A stretch of DNA of 64,000 bases from a virus: IMG/VR virus record IMGVR_UViG_3300045988_114759. One strand, given 5' to 3'. The notes under the pieces are model-generated. The model saw nothing but the letters and a program-made list of their open reading frames with translations, was not told the DNA's origin and ran no database searches. Each line of letters begins with the position of its first letter. Within the stretch, counting starts at the first letter, position 1. The position numbers were made by a program, and so were the translations under genes. Below, piece by piece: positions 54,471-64,000 of the stretch.

Positions 54471-54635
54471 ATGAAAACAAAAGAAGAAAAACAAAAGAAA
54501 TTTTTGACAGAATTTGAAATCAACGGGCGAAAATACGCTGGTGAAATATGGGCTACTTCTTGGGATGAGGCAGAAGATTTTGTTAAACAAAAAGCTGCAA
54601 CAGAAGAAGTAGTGGGAGTTATTCCAAATGATTAA
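54471..54635 (+). CDS. small protein, paralog of 5630-5830 (54 aa; below the ORF-track size cutoff)
   Basis: Translation MKTKEEKQKKFLTEFEINGRKYAGEIWATSWDEAEDFVKQKAATEEVVGVIPND. Residues 1-10 are identical to the 5.6-kb copy and the following ~35 are conserved, with the same upstream sequence. Confidence 0.5.
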   Translation: MKTKEEKQKKFLTEFEINGRKYAGEIWATSWDEAEDFVKQKAATEEVVGVIPND

Positions 54636-54696
54636 GGCAGTTATATATACAATTCTGCATATAGATGATAGTATAGATTCTATATACAGAATTGTT

Positions 54697-55140
54697 TTAA
54701 TTGTCGAACGTAACTGTCTCCGATGTTACCACATATTCACCTATACTTCCATACGCTTTAGAATATAATTCAAGTTTTATATGAGCGGAATAGGTGGCAT
54801 ATAAAGTGCCTTGACCCAACCTGGTTATAATAGGTCTGACTATTGATGTTAGGGTCAAATTTTGAAAAGATGTAGGAGAAGGCTCTGGTTCAATATTAGT
54901 TTCAACAAGTTCGCAACTCCATGATGTATCTGAGCCGGTTTCGTAGATCTTATCTACAGGATCTCCTATTATCGTATCTGGGTACTCATGTTGCTCACTG
55001 GTGTAATTCATTACAATAGGATTATCATTGTTTACATTGTATTTTTTACCAGGAGCAGTATATAGTATTTCACGATATGTTACATATTTCTTTTCTTGTT
55101 CTCTCACTGTAAACTGGTCAGGCAAATAAAGACGTATCAA
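54697..55140 (-). CDS. hypothetical (putative virion/tail) protein
   Basis: 147 aa. Last gene of the minus-strand block, downstream of the giant protein. Confidence 0.4.
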   Translation of the reverse strand: MIRLYLPDQFTVREQEKKYVTYREILYTAPGKKYNVNNDNPIVMNYTSEQHEYPDTIIGDPVDKIYETGSDTSWSCELVETNIEPEPSPTSFQNLTLTSIVRPIITRLGQGTLYATYSAHIKLELYSKAYGSIGEYVVTSETVTFDN

Positions 55141-55426
55141 AAAACCTAAAGAAGGAGATTCTACTCTACCTATAATAAGTTTAATGTCATCCTTCTCTAC
55201 AAGCTCTTTCGTAGATTCTGTTTGTTCGCTGATAGTCTCTTTTGTATTAGATGGGACTCCTCCTTGGATACTTATAGAACCCAGACGTTGTTTTATAGAA
55301 AGAAAGGTAAATACACCACTTTGTGGAACGGTACCGACTATTTCATCATCAATGATTACCCCCCCCCTATACAGTTGCTAACTATTTGATATTCATATAT
55401 TTTTAATGATGTTTCAAATCTTCTTC

Positions 55427-55888
55427 TCATATTCCTTTTAAGTAAGTATCAGGTGCAACAAAATCACTTATTGTCTTTATTATATGTATAGTATCTATAA
55501 AATATTTATCAACATCCATAGAAAGTTGAGGACGAAGATCTGAATCGTTTGTCTTATCTGTTATATAGAAATAGTACAGAACATCCTCCAGATAAAATGT
55601 AAGATAAATATCCTCTGTGACATTTCCATTATTGAAATAGCAATTGATGCCAGACCCAGATGGAGTCATATGGCAATCTATACTTTGGGTATCTCCCATA
55701 GTACACACGTAATTGGAACTGGCAATATCAACCGCATATTTTCCAACATTTATACCACCACTTTCCCTCGATCTCGTGGTAAGTATATGAACGGCATTTT
55801 TCCAAGTGGAAAGAGGTGCAGATATACTAACGGCGAAAACGGGAATTATCGTCTGAAATAAATCATATGACAAAAACCTTCTTCTCAT
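55427..55888 (-). CDS. hypothetical (putative virion/tail) protein
   Basis: 153 aa, immediately downstream of the giant ORF on the - strand. Confidence 0.4.
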   Translation of the reverse strand: MRRRFLSYDLFQTIIPVFAVSISAPLSTWKNAVHILTTRSRESGGINVGKYAVDIASSNYVCTMGDTQSIDCHMTPSGSGINCYFNNGNVTEDIYLTFYLEDVLYYFYITDKTNDSDLRPQLSMDVDKYFIDTIHIIKTISDFVAPDTYLKGI

Positions 55889-56105
55889 TATTTTATTTTT
55901 TTTTGCAAGATAGCATTTTTTTCATAACAAAAGAAACCAGTTCTCTATCATCGCTGACTGAGAACTGATAAGAAAACAATTTCAGAAAAAATTAAACCTA
56001 CATAGCCTTTAAAGTAAGAACAAAAAACGTATAGTCTACTCTTTGACAATGCTAAGATAGCATATTAGGGCCATATTGTAGTAATATAAGCCCAATATTC
56101 TTCGT

Positions 56106-59100
56106 CTACTTGTAGCTCACATCATCGTCTCCTTCCGAATCAGGAGTGGCGCCGATGAAGAACATCATTGACTTATTGTTCGTCTGCTGCCACCAGTTAT
56201 AGGCGCGTGCTACGTCTTCCGGCGTCTTAATGTTATACCATTGTTTGATAAACGTCTGTTTAGCGAGTTGTCTAAATAACTTAGACTCACCTTTGTATGT
56301 ACCAGATGTTACTTTATCAAGTGAGTAGTTCCTGAGATCGGTGAGATCCTTCAGTTTCCGTCCCATGACAAATGGGTCATTAATGATATCCACCACATTA
56401 AGCTCCATAATAAACGGCATCTGTGAAGCTATTTCATTTATGGTTCTAAATCCTACATAAGATCCGAATTGAGTAAGCCAGCTTTCCTCGTTTTCATCAT
56501 CATCACGCCATCCGGCAAGAAGCATAGACACGGCCTGCATGATGAGGAACGTGCCGGCATAAACACTGAGGCGTTTAAGATTAGTCTTTTCCACCTCACC
56601 CATCTTATCTTTATTTTCGTTCCAGGCATCTATGATATTTTTCATACCAGGCTCGGAAGCTAAGCTAAATGTTTTAGCTATCATATTCTTTAACGTAATT
56701 GACAGCCCTTCCTCTTCTTGCATTGTCTGGAAATTGAATCCCCTTCTTTTCCACAGACGTTGAGCCGCCAGCACCAGCCATCCTCGGTGGGCAGTCATGA
56801 ACCTGGCTATCCAGTTACGTGATGCGGCGGTTCGGTTTTCTTCATTCAAAGATCCGTTACATATCTGTGACAAGCTACGAACCTGATTACGGGTTATAGC
56901 CATCTGGGTTTCAACTTCCTCAACAGTAACACCCGATCCTGGTTTCACAACCACCTTGCCGTCTACAACATCTACCATACTCCATAAAGTACGATCTCTT
57001 AATGCATCCCATTCTCTTTTTATAGTGCTCTGTTCTTTATTGCGTTCTTTTTCCATCTTGAAATCCTGGAACGTGTAGAACCGACCTTTGTAATAACGAA
57101 CGTTATCCATCGTAGCGATCATAACCTGCGGATCAAGAGGGTAGTTCATGATTTCCATAAAAGCATACATCGGTGAACGCATTAAGGTCCTGGCCGCCCT
57201 ATTATATCCGGCACCATACATACGATTTCGGATATTGAATATCCCCATTCTCTCACCTATGACATATAATTTGCTTTTTCTATCTATGTCTCCGGTTTCT
57301 GCTATACAAGATGGCGCAAGACGTGAAAACTCAGCCGATGCGTATTTAAGGGAATCTTTGCTTATATATTGTCCTACGGCAGATTCCATGATGAGGTTAA
57401 TATGACCTGTCAGAGCGCCGGTAGCTGCCACAAACGGGGACAGCGCTAAGTTCATGACCGACATAAATCTTTCAACGGCCATCATAATTCTTGTAAGGTC
57501 TACCGTATATCCTCCGATGTTCACTGTAAGTTTTTTGGTGTTCATCCTAATGCCATAATAATGATCGTTGAAGAAGTCCCTGAACATCTGATATGCTTGG
57601 GTTGCTTCAGCCTTCTTACCGCCTTCAAATTGTTTGTTCAGCAACATCTGCTCCAGTCCTTGAGCGAGCTCTATAGACTTCTGCTTTTCGTTGTATAACG
57701 ATGACTGCATCATAAGCATCGAATAAGAGTAGCCAAAATCGTGAGATACATCATCTTGGTTCTCCAATTCATATATGTAGTATTTAGGTATAGACCTAAG
57801 TCTGTCTTCCGGATCATACACTTCCCCTTGTCTGGTTTTACCGTATAGAGAATCGTCTACTCTGTCCAGGCACAGATCTGATACAAAATTACGAACCGTA
57901 TTTTTGAAGTTAATACCCAATCCTTCTATACGTTCTATATCTTGTTTTGATATCTGTGGAATAGCATACAGGTTCGGGCTCTGCTCTTTGTATAGATCAA
58001 GGGATTGTCTTTTTATTTCCTTGAGTTTTTGAATCATATTCCACTGCTCTACGTTTTTAGTAGCAACTTCATTACCGTCAGCATCATACTTGATACCAAA
58101 GTCATTGAAATACGATTCATCACGATACAGGCTTTTCTTAGGCATGCGATGACCATACCCATGATCTTTTACATAATCAGGATTACGGCCGCTATTTTCG
58201 GCTTCAGATTCAGCCACCCATGCCCTTGCAGGATCGAAAGACAGGTATGATATGTCCATGCCATAATCTTGGGTGGATGTACCGTTTTGTACGTCCTTAA
58301 CCATCTGCGCTACATCTATCTCACCTCGACCGATTTTGTCGATCATAGCCGCATATCCGGTAGGCGCCATGCGTTTATAGTACGAAAAGACCTGGCTCCT
58401 GGCAAATTCATTAACAATAGCATTAGCTTCTTCTATGCCCGCTTTTATGTCAGCTTCTATACCCTCTTCCCTTGTATTATTTAAAAATAAGCTGGCCATC
58501 TTAGCATTAACAGCATTCCTAAAATCTCTACCGTCTAATTCTTTGCTTATACCAAGCTTTTCTGACAGGTAGTTGGTTTCAGATACGGTAAACAGATATC
58601 GGTTATCAGCAGCCTTAAACAGCTTATCCCTTAAAGCCTGAATCCTTTTTGCTTTCTTCGCCGTAGTATGACGTTGTACGAACTTCCATTCTACTTCCTT
58701 GGAGTCAGCAAGAGCATTTAAATAAGACTGATTTACTTCGTTTTCGGCCTTACTGCTTTTAGTAAGGTACTTATCAATATCTTCAAGACCCACCATCTTA
58801 GCATAATCTATTAAGATAGCGTAATCGGCTTCAATAGCTTCAGATGCAGCCCTAAAAGCATCTCTTTCAGATGAGGTAAATGTCGCTTCGTTAATCTCTC
58901 CGATATCAGCCACATCTCGGTTGTTTCCGATTATTTCCTTGATAATGGCCTTATTTTTTTCTATATCTTTTACAATCGAATCCACGTCAGTCGCATCTCT
59001 ATCACTTGTCGTAGAACTAATGATATCATGCGCCATTTTAAGATACGAAGCCTTGTTATTTGATTCGGTACGTGCCGACTGCTCCGATTCTATGTCATTC

Positions 59101-62100
59101 CAAAACCGATCGTTAAATGACAGGTGCCCTCCTAGCATAAGTGTCTTCAGCGCAGCTTCTCCTCCCGACTTGCTTTGAATCGTTCTCAATTTTTGCAAAA
59201 ACGATTCTGATACGGCATTGGAAACCTTATCTGATTCTTTTCTCCAAACTTCATTTATGGCTTGTATTTCTTTAGCCATCTTAAGTTGGTCGCCGGTTTT
59301 TTCCACTCTCCTGGTTCCTACATATATGTATTCTGAAGCTGCTTCCTTACGTTGTTTACGAAGCAGTCCTTCTTCTTCGTAATTGCTGCTTTTAAAATAG
59401 GCAACTTCATCAAAATTACCACCGCTATCAATAAAAGGCTGCCTCAATATCCGTTTTTGCCTGGATAGAGCATTAAGGTATTCTTTGGTTGTTTGAGAAA
59501 CTGGATGCCCTAATTCTTCTTCAGCCTTTTTGTATATGGATTCCATTCTTGTGGCATAACTTTCACTAAATTCCAATTCTGAATTTTCAGCATCCCACTT
59601 TTCCATCTGTTCTGTATAGATCTTTTCCTGCTCGATGGTGAAAATATCAGTATTAACCCTATCGGACGATGGTTTAAATTTAGCGTTTTCAGTAACCGTA
59701 TTTCCGTCCTTGTCAACTACTTCTCTTTTAAATACGTAATTACGATTATTGTCAACCACATCACCAATTTCTTCTTCTGATATCTCTATGTTCATGGCAG
59801 TCGCAAACGCTCGCATCTGCGCCAGCTTCTTATTACGATCGTATTTAGCCATATCAAGAGCACTACGAAGGTAATTAGAAGTTTTGCCGTCTACTTTCTG
59901 AAGCAGTTTTTCAAATTCAGATTTGTTAAAACCATGCTTTTTAGCATATGCCAGGAAGTCGGATATAGCGGGCTGAGCATTCACCATCGCATTGTAATTG
60001 TCTTTGGCAATCATAGCTCCAAGAGCGTTATTGAACGGGCTGGAAGAATGCTCTAATATACCAAACCACCTACTTATCCAAGAGACATCATGTTGAACTT
60101 TGTCAAAAAATTCTTTTACTCTCTTTACCTTATCTGCCGGCACATGAAGTTCGTTCATTAACTTATCAAGCAACGTACTTTCATCAAGGTCTTGTACTGA
60201 TTTAATATCAGACTGAATACCATTGATGTCGGCAATGACGGTGTTGATCCTATTTGTATAATCCTGCTTTTCACGTTCATCAAATTCGGTACTTCTGTTA
60301 CGGATATATCCTCGAAGATCGTTCATGATCGGAAGAACCTGATTGTTGATAATATCTACGTTCTTTCGATCATTGGTATTGAAGTGAAGCTTACCGTCTT
60401 TGGTATCACCATGAAGGATGGTGTTCACCACATTGCTTAAGTATCTGACCTGAGCTTCGGCTGTGGAGATCATGCTGTTCATGGCAGCCGCCATCTCATT
60501 CTTGTCTATTTCGGTCTCTACTTTATTTATCTTATCTTCTATGGTCTTAAGCTGAGCAAGGGTCATAGACGTAGTTACAGCCCTATCAGAGCTTATCTGA
60601 CGCAAGTCTCTTAAGGTTTTTCTTAGTGATCTGATCTTAGACTCAAGAAACTTGTTCTTGTTCATAGAAGAAAGGGAGTATAATGTAAAGTCATTATCCT
60701 TTAACAGAGAAGTGTCAAATCCTTTATCTATGTCAGTAATGGCAAGATCACGAATGTTTTTAATAACGTTATTCAAATCTTGTCTTTGGGTTGATAAAGC
60801 TGATTTAAGCCAGCTTACGATTCCAGAGAAAAGCTGCCGGACGCGCCCCAGGAAGGAGGTGGGCTCTACCGGCGCCTGTGCTGTTCCGGTCTGCATCTCC
60901 CTGGCAAGGATCTTTCCAAGAATTTCTCTCCTAACAGCATTATCAAGCTCAGCTCCTTCATATACCTTACCGTATGTATTATAATACTGACCTGCATACT
61001 GGTTCCACTCTTCCGTACCTTCTACATCTTGCAGAACAGCCTCAACGGCATTCTGATCTCTGTATGCCTCTACAAGGAAGTGGGCTGTTTCTTCTACTAA
61101 ATCAGATAAAGTAGCATCTTCACCAACTGCTATTACATTATTGGCAATATCCGCCAATGCCTTAGCAGAAGGTTCGTGCCCGTATTTGGTTTGGTACTTC
61201 TCTATATAGTCGGTCATACCTATGACACTAACGCCAAGAGTTTTCAGTATCTCGACAATAGAATTTCGTTGGTCACGTTCCTGCCTGCTATAATCTGATA
61301 CGATCTTAGCTTTAGTATCAGCATAAAGATCGTTGTCTTCTAATATGAATGAAACTACAAGCGCATCAAAATGATCGTACTTGGTGTCCAATTCATTGTA
61401 TCTTCCTGACTTGAGTTCGTTCTTTATCTGCTCCCTGCTAACCCTTTCCGTTCCCCCGGTGGCGAGCCTCATAGTTACCTTACTATTATCCAACGAGCTT
61501 ATGGTTATCATACCTTGGTCGTTCATGGAAACATCGGAACCAAAATGATTACGGAGCTCGGTGTAGGATAAGGCTGAATTGAAAAGTCTAATTTGTCCTG
61601 CATGACCTTCTCCTGTAAGATAATAGCTTCTTGTTTCCGGATCGAATATCTTAGATCCTGACAAAAGACCTTTCTTTATAAGGTAGTTAATTATTCCGCC
61701 TTTTGTTGATAAAGAAGTAGAAGCAGAAGCGGTCATGACCGGTATAAAAGACTTGGGATTATTAAGAACATACTTTCCAGCCTTGTAAGTAATGTCTGCC
61801 ACGCCATCCACGGTAGATTCTTGAACGGTGCCTGATAAGAATCCTATTCTAATATCATTTCCGCCAGAGCGAAGAGCTTCTCCGTAATCTTCAAATAATT
61901 GACTACGATCGTTCATGAAAAACAAACGAGGCTCTCCGGTCTGATACGTTACACCCACAGGATTAGAATCTGTCTGTGGTAACTCTTCTGGGCTAAATAT
62001 CTTAAGACCGTCTTTTATAACCATATAATTAACACCCTTATCCTGTACCATAGATACGGGAGTGAAGTCCGAAGATATAGCATCTTGTAAATACTGCCCG

Positions 62101-62552
62101 GCGTCTATTCCAGATCCTTCCGGTACGGAAATACTTGACGGAACCATAACATCCACCAACATAATATTATCACCCAGATCTTGGCTATAGAATCCGAAGC
62201 CTGATTCTTGAATCCCATAAGTTGCATCTGATTTTGATACAAGAACAGGATTACTCATCTTAGAAGCCTTATCCAGCACCCTTTCTCTATAAGCTTCCGG
62301 AATAAGATCGATGTTGGATTTCACCTTATTGTAGGCCTGTTTATTAACAGGTACTTTCTTTCTCCAGTCGCCAAAAGCCTTTAAGAACTTATTAGAAAAT
62401 ACGGTTTTAAAAACAGTAGTAGCCCGTTCCCTGTTCTCCATAAGAGGAATAGATGCTATTTTATCAAATAACATAGACCTGTCCCCTGATCTGGTAGAGA
62501 CAGAAACAACTTTCTTTTTATTATCTCTTTTAATAATACACGTTGATACCAT
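56106..62552 (-). CDS. giant 2148-aa virion protein, putatively tail tape-measure-like
   Basis: Uninterrupted 6.4-kb ORF. It is largely alpha-helical and charged, with hydrophobic segments in the C-terminal third (LALSPFVAATGALTGHINLI and VYAGTFLIMQAVSMLLAGW). It follows three small co-directional ORFs, two of them overlapping by ATGA (chaperone-like arrangement). No polymerase or enzyme motif found. Confidence 0.4.
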   Translation of the reverse strand: MVSTCIIKRDNKKKVVSVSTRSGDRSMLFDKIASIPLMENRERATTVFKTVFSNKFLKAFGDWRKKVPVNKQAYNKVKSNIDLIPEAYRERVLDKASKMSNPVLVSKSDATYGIQESGFGFYSQDLGDNIMLVDVMVPSSISVPEGSGIDAGQYLQDAISSDFTPVSMVQDKGVNYMVIKDGLKIFSPEELPQTDSNPVGVTYQTGEPRLFFMNDRSQLFEDYGEALRSGGNDIRIGFLSGTVQESTVDGVADITYKAGKYVLNNPKSFIPVMTASASTSLSTKGGIINYLIKKGLLSGSKIFDPETRSYYLTGEGHAGQIRLFNSALSYTELRNHFGSDVSMNDQGMITISSLDNSKVTMRLATGGTERVSREQIKNELKSGRYNELDTKYDHFDALVVSFILEDNDLYADTKAKIVSDYSRQERDQRNSIVEILKTLGVSVIGMTDYIEKYQTKYGHEPSAKALADIANNVIAVGEDATLSDLVEETAHFLVEAYRDQNAVEAVLQDVEGTEEWNQYAGQYYNTYGKVYEGAELDNAVRREILGKILAREMQTGTAQAPVEPTSFLGRVRQLFSGIVSWLKSALSTQRQDLNNVIKNIRDLAITDIDKGFDTSLLKDNDFTLYSLSSMNKNKFLESKIRSLRKTLRDLRQISSDRAVTTSMTLAQLKTIEDKINKVETEIDKNEMAAAMNSMISTAEAQVRYLSNVVNTILHGDTKDGKLHFNTNDRKNVDIINNQVLPIMNDLRGYIRNRSTEFDEREKQDYTNRINTVIADINGIQSDIKSVQDLDESTLLDKLMNELHVPADKVKRVKEFFDKVQHDVSWISRWFGILEHSSSPFNNALGAMIAKDNYNAMVNAQPAISDFLAYAKKHGFNKSEFEKLLQKVDGKTSNYLRSALDMAKYDRNKKLAQMRAFATAMNIEISEEEIGDVVDNNRNYVFKREVVDKDGNTVTENAKFKPSSDRVNTDIFTIEQEKIYTEQMEKWDAENSELEFSESYATRMESIYKKAEEELGHPVSQTTKEYLNALSRQKRILRQPFIDSGGNFDEVAYFKSSNYEEEGLLRKQRKEAASEYIYVGTRRVEKTGDQLKMAKEIQAINEVWRKESDKVSNAVSESFLQKLRTIQSKSGGEAALKTLMLGGHLSFNDRFWNDIESEQSARTESNNKASYLKMAHDIISSTTSDRDATDVDSIVKDIEKNKAIIKEIIGNNRDVADIGEINEATFTSSERDAFRAASEAIEADYAILIDYAKMVGLEDIDKYLTKSSKAENEVNQSYLNALADSKEVEWKFVQRHTTAKKAKRIQALRDKLFKAADNRYLFTVSETNYLSEKLGISKELDGRDFRNAVNAKMASLFLNNTREEGIEADIKAGIEEANAIVNEFARSQVFSYYKRMAPTGYAAMIDKIGRGEIDVAQMVKDVQNGTSTQDYGMDISYLSFDPARAWVAESEAENSGRNPDYVKDHGYGHRMPKKSLYRDESYFNDFGIKYDADGNEVATKNVEQWNMIQKLKEIKRQSLDLYKEQSPNLYAIPQISKQDIERIEGLGINFKNTVRNFVSDLCLDRVDDSLYGKTRQGEVYDPEDRLRSIPKYYIYELENQDDVSHDFGYSYSMLMMQSSLYNEKQKSIELAQGLEQMLLNKQFEGGKKAEATQAYQMFRDFFNDHYYGIRMNTKKLTVNIGGYTVDLTRIMMAVERFMSVMNLALSPFVAATGALTGHINLIMESAVGQYISKDSLKYASAEFSRLAPSCIAETGDIDRKSKLYVIGERMGIFNIRNRMYGAGYNRAARTLMRSPMYAFMEIMNYPLDPQVMIATMDNVRYYKGRFYTFQDFKMEKERNKEQSTIKREWDALRDRTLWSMVDVVDGKVVVKPGSGVTVEEVETQMAITRNQVRSLSQICNGSLNEENRTAASRNWIARFMTAHRGWLVLAAQRLWKRRGFNFQTMQEEEGLSITLKNMIAKTFSLASEPGMKNIIDAWNENKDKMGEVEKTNLKRLSVYAGTFLIMQAVSMLLAGWRDDDENEESWLTQFGSYVGFRTINEIASQMPFIMELNVVDIINDPFVMGRKLKDLTDLRNYSLDKVTSGTYKGESKLFRQLAKQTFIKQWYNIKTPEDVARAYNWWQQTNNKSMMFFIGATPDSEGDDDVSYK

Positions 62553-62693
62553 GATAAAACATTTTTGTTATGAGACAAAGGTAGTTAAAAATCAAGCATA
62601 TGATAAAACAAAGCCATCTAACTTCTCAGTCTGATGGCTTAAAAATAATATGAAAAAAAAATTATAATCTGACGAAAAATCGTCAAGTTCAGC

Positions 62694-63047
62694 TTATATG
62701 TAATGCATGTACCCATCTCGGTGTATAAACCTTCCCGATTCAAAGCGCTCAATATCTTCAGGGCAAATAGAGCCCGAATCCTCTCTCCTGGCTTCAAACC
62801 AAAGCCCCGGCTTACGAATTAGGCAAGTTATGATATAATTGAAGCAATTGTGCGTAAAATGGAAAACAGATCCTACAGGGAAATACCTATCAGCTTGAAA
62901 TACGATTCTTTTTCGTTTAGTATCAAACGTGATATCTCCTACTATCTTAGCCACGTAATAGCTTCTGCCATTTAACGTTTCATCTGTTTGTGGTATCCAA
63001 TAATAACCTCTTGCCATGCCACAAATATATAAAAAAAAATCGGACAA
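62694..63047 (-). CDS. hypothetical protein
   Basis: 117 aa upstream of the giant ORF. Confidence 0.4.
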   Translation of the reverse strand: MSDFFLYICGMARGYYWIPQTDETLNGRSYYVAKIVGDITFDTKRKRIVFQADRYFPVGSVFHFTHNCFNYIITCLIRKPGLWFEARREDSGSICPEDIERFESGRFIHRDGYMHYI

Positions 63048-63227
63048 GATATATGTCCGACTTTATATTACTTTGATTCGTTTTCAAACCGCTTTATAAT
63101 AGAAGCAATATCATCACCACAAATAAACATCATTCGACGTTCTTCTTTTGGTTTATGAGACACTGGAATGGTTTTGTTTATCTTAATCTGATTCGCCAGA
63201 CCTCTACCTAAACGAATATCAACTTTT

Positions 63228-63545
63228 TTACCTTTCATGAATTATTTGTTTAAACAGACCAATTCCATCTATTATAATATGACCGCTTTGCATACGACCA
63301 TTATTAGGATTGTGTAGAAAATTGAAACCACTTTCTTTTTCCTGTCTTTCAAAAGAACTGATATCCTTTCCTCTACGGGCTCTTTCAAAAGCTTTCTTGA
63401 ACAACTTGCCTCTAAAGGTCTTGACGAGGATCTTGGTAGCGTTATTGCCGACTCTTACTATTGCTTTCCTTGCCTGGTCCTCCGAGACAAAACTGCTTCG
63501 GAAAATATACGATGCTGCTGCTTGTATGTCCTGCTTGGTAATCAT
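63228..63545 (-). CDS. hypothetical protein (possible tail assembly chaperone)
   Basis: 105 aa. Its start overlaps the stop of 63542-63892 (ATGA). Confidence 0.35.
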   Translation of the reverse strand: MITKQDIQAAASYIFRSSFVSEDQARKAIVRVGNNATKILVKTFRGKLFKKAFERARRGKDISSFERQEKESGFNFLHNPNNGRMQSGHIIIDGIGLFKQIIHER

Positions 63546-63892
63546 ATGATAAACATTTCTTTCAGAATACTGATCTTTATTCCGTATATCAATTTCATCT
63601 CATCTCTATCATATACGTCAAAAAAGGATTCACTGGGGTCCTTTGGATTTACGTTCAATTGAATTATGCAATTACCAGTATAAACCTTAAGCCTATAATT
63701 ATCGGAGTATATATTCTGCATGGTTTCAAATGTCTCAATTAAATTTTCAACAAGTGCTCTGTTAAATGAAAAAGATTCTTTACCATCACCTTTAAATGTG
63801 ATATGATCTAAATCCCTGTTGTCAAATTCATACTTTAATTGATTGCCGTCCATCATATCATAAAATATTGACTTTCTGATTATAAATCCCAT
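63542..63892 (-). CDS. hypothetical protein (possible tail assembly chaperone)
   Basis: 116 aa. First gene of the minus-strand block in this window. Confidence 0.35.
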   Translation of the reverse strand: MGFIIRKSIFYDMMDGNQLKYEFDNRDLDHITFKGDGKESFSFNRALVENLIETFETMQNIYSDNYRLKVYTGNCIIQLNVNPKDPSESFFDVYDRDEMKLIYGIKISILKEMFII

Positions 63893-64000
63893 ATTGTTTT
63901 ATTTTTTAGTTAATACAAATCTTCTGAATACAACTGTTCTCTAATGGCATTCCTATCTACCACCATCTCCTGATTATTGTTTCTAACAAGTTCAGACGCT

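Noticed and set aside
56106-62552. Virion RNA polymerase (crAss-like) identity for the 2148-aa protein
   Set aside because: No DxDGD / NADFDGD-type catalytic aspartate motif was found. The best approximation is YDADGNE. Its position after a chaperone-like ORF pair favours a tape-measure-like role, though this remains unproven.

Overview
The window reads as a contiguous segment of a tailed double-stranded DNA phage genome, probably infecting a Bacteroidetes-type host. Supporting signs are an AT-rich sequence, TAnnTTTG-like promoter -7 boxes, and tightly packed co-directional genes with ATGA stop/start overlaps. No cellular housekeeping genes are present.

The + strand from 0.9 to 54.6 kb carries two replication/recombination and nucleotide-metabolism modules.

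- 2.7-11.4 kb: a Pif1/RecD-like helicase split by a LAGLIDADG intein, a ThyA-family enzyme with a divergent catalytic motif, a RuvC-like resolvase, a beta-clamp-like protein, an SSB with a DDLPF tail, and a dUTPase.
- 37-52 kb: a PD-(D/E)XK-like nuclease, a zinc-finger/TOPRIM primase, a DnaB-like helicase, a Cas4-like Fe-S nuclease, a DEAH helicase, and a DUF550-like dNTP pyrophosphohydrolase.
- 12.9-13.2 kb: a tRNA cluster next to an HNH homing endonuclease.
- 14.4-18.6 kb: an Ig-like structural gene, a HAD phosphatase with an in-frame TAG, and a DHH-DHHA1 phosphoesterase.
- 18.6-23.3 kb: a largely non-coding hub with two tandem-repeat (iteron-like) arrays, AT-rich palindromes, and recurring tRNA-3'-half-like motifs upstream of small ORFs.
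- 24-36 kb: a long run of small ORFs of unknown function.
- 44.1-46.5 kb: an NfeD-like plus flotillin (SPFH) gene pair, which is unexpected in a phage.

The - strand from 54.7 to 63.9 kb looks like a tail module built around a 2148-aa tape-measure-like giant protein. No DNA polymerase, terminase or major capsid protein was recognised in the window.

All calls rest on manual motif reading. Coordinates of RNA and repeat features are approximate, within about 5 nt.
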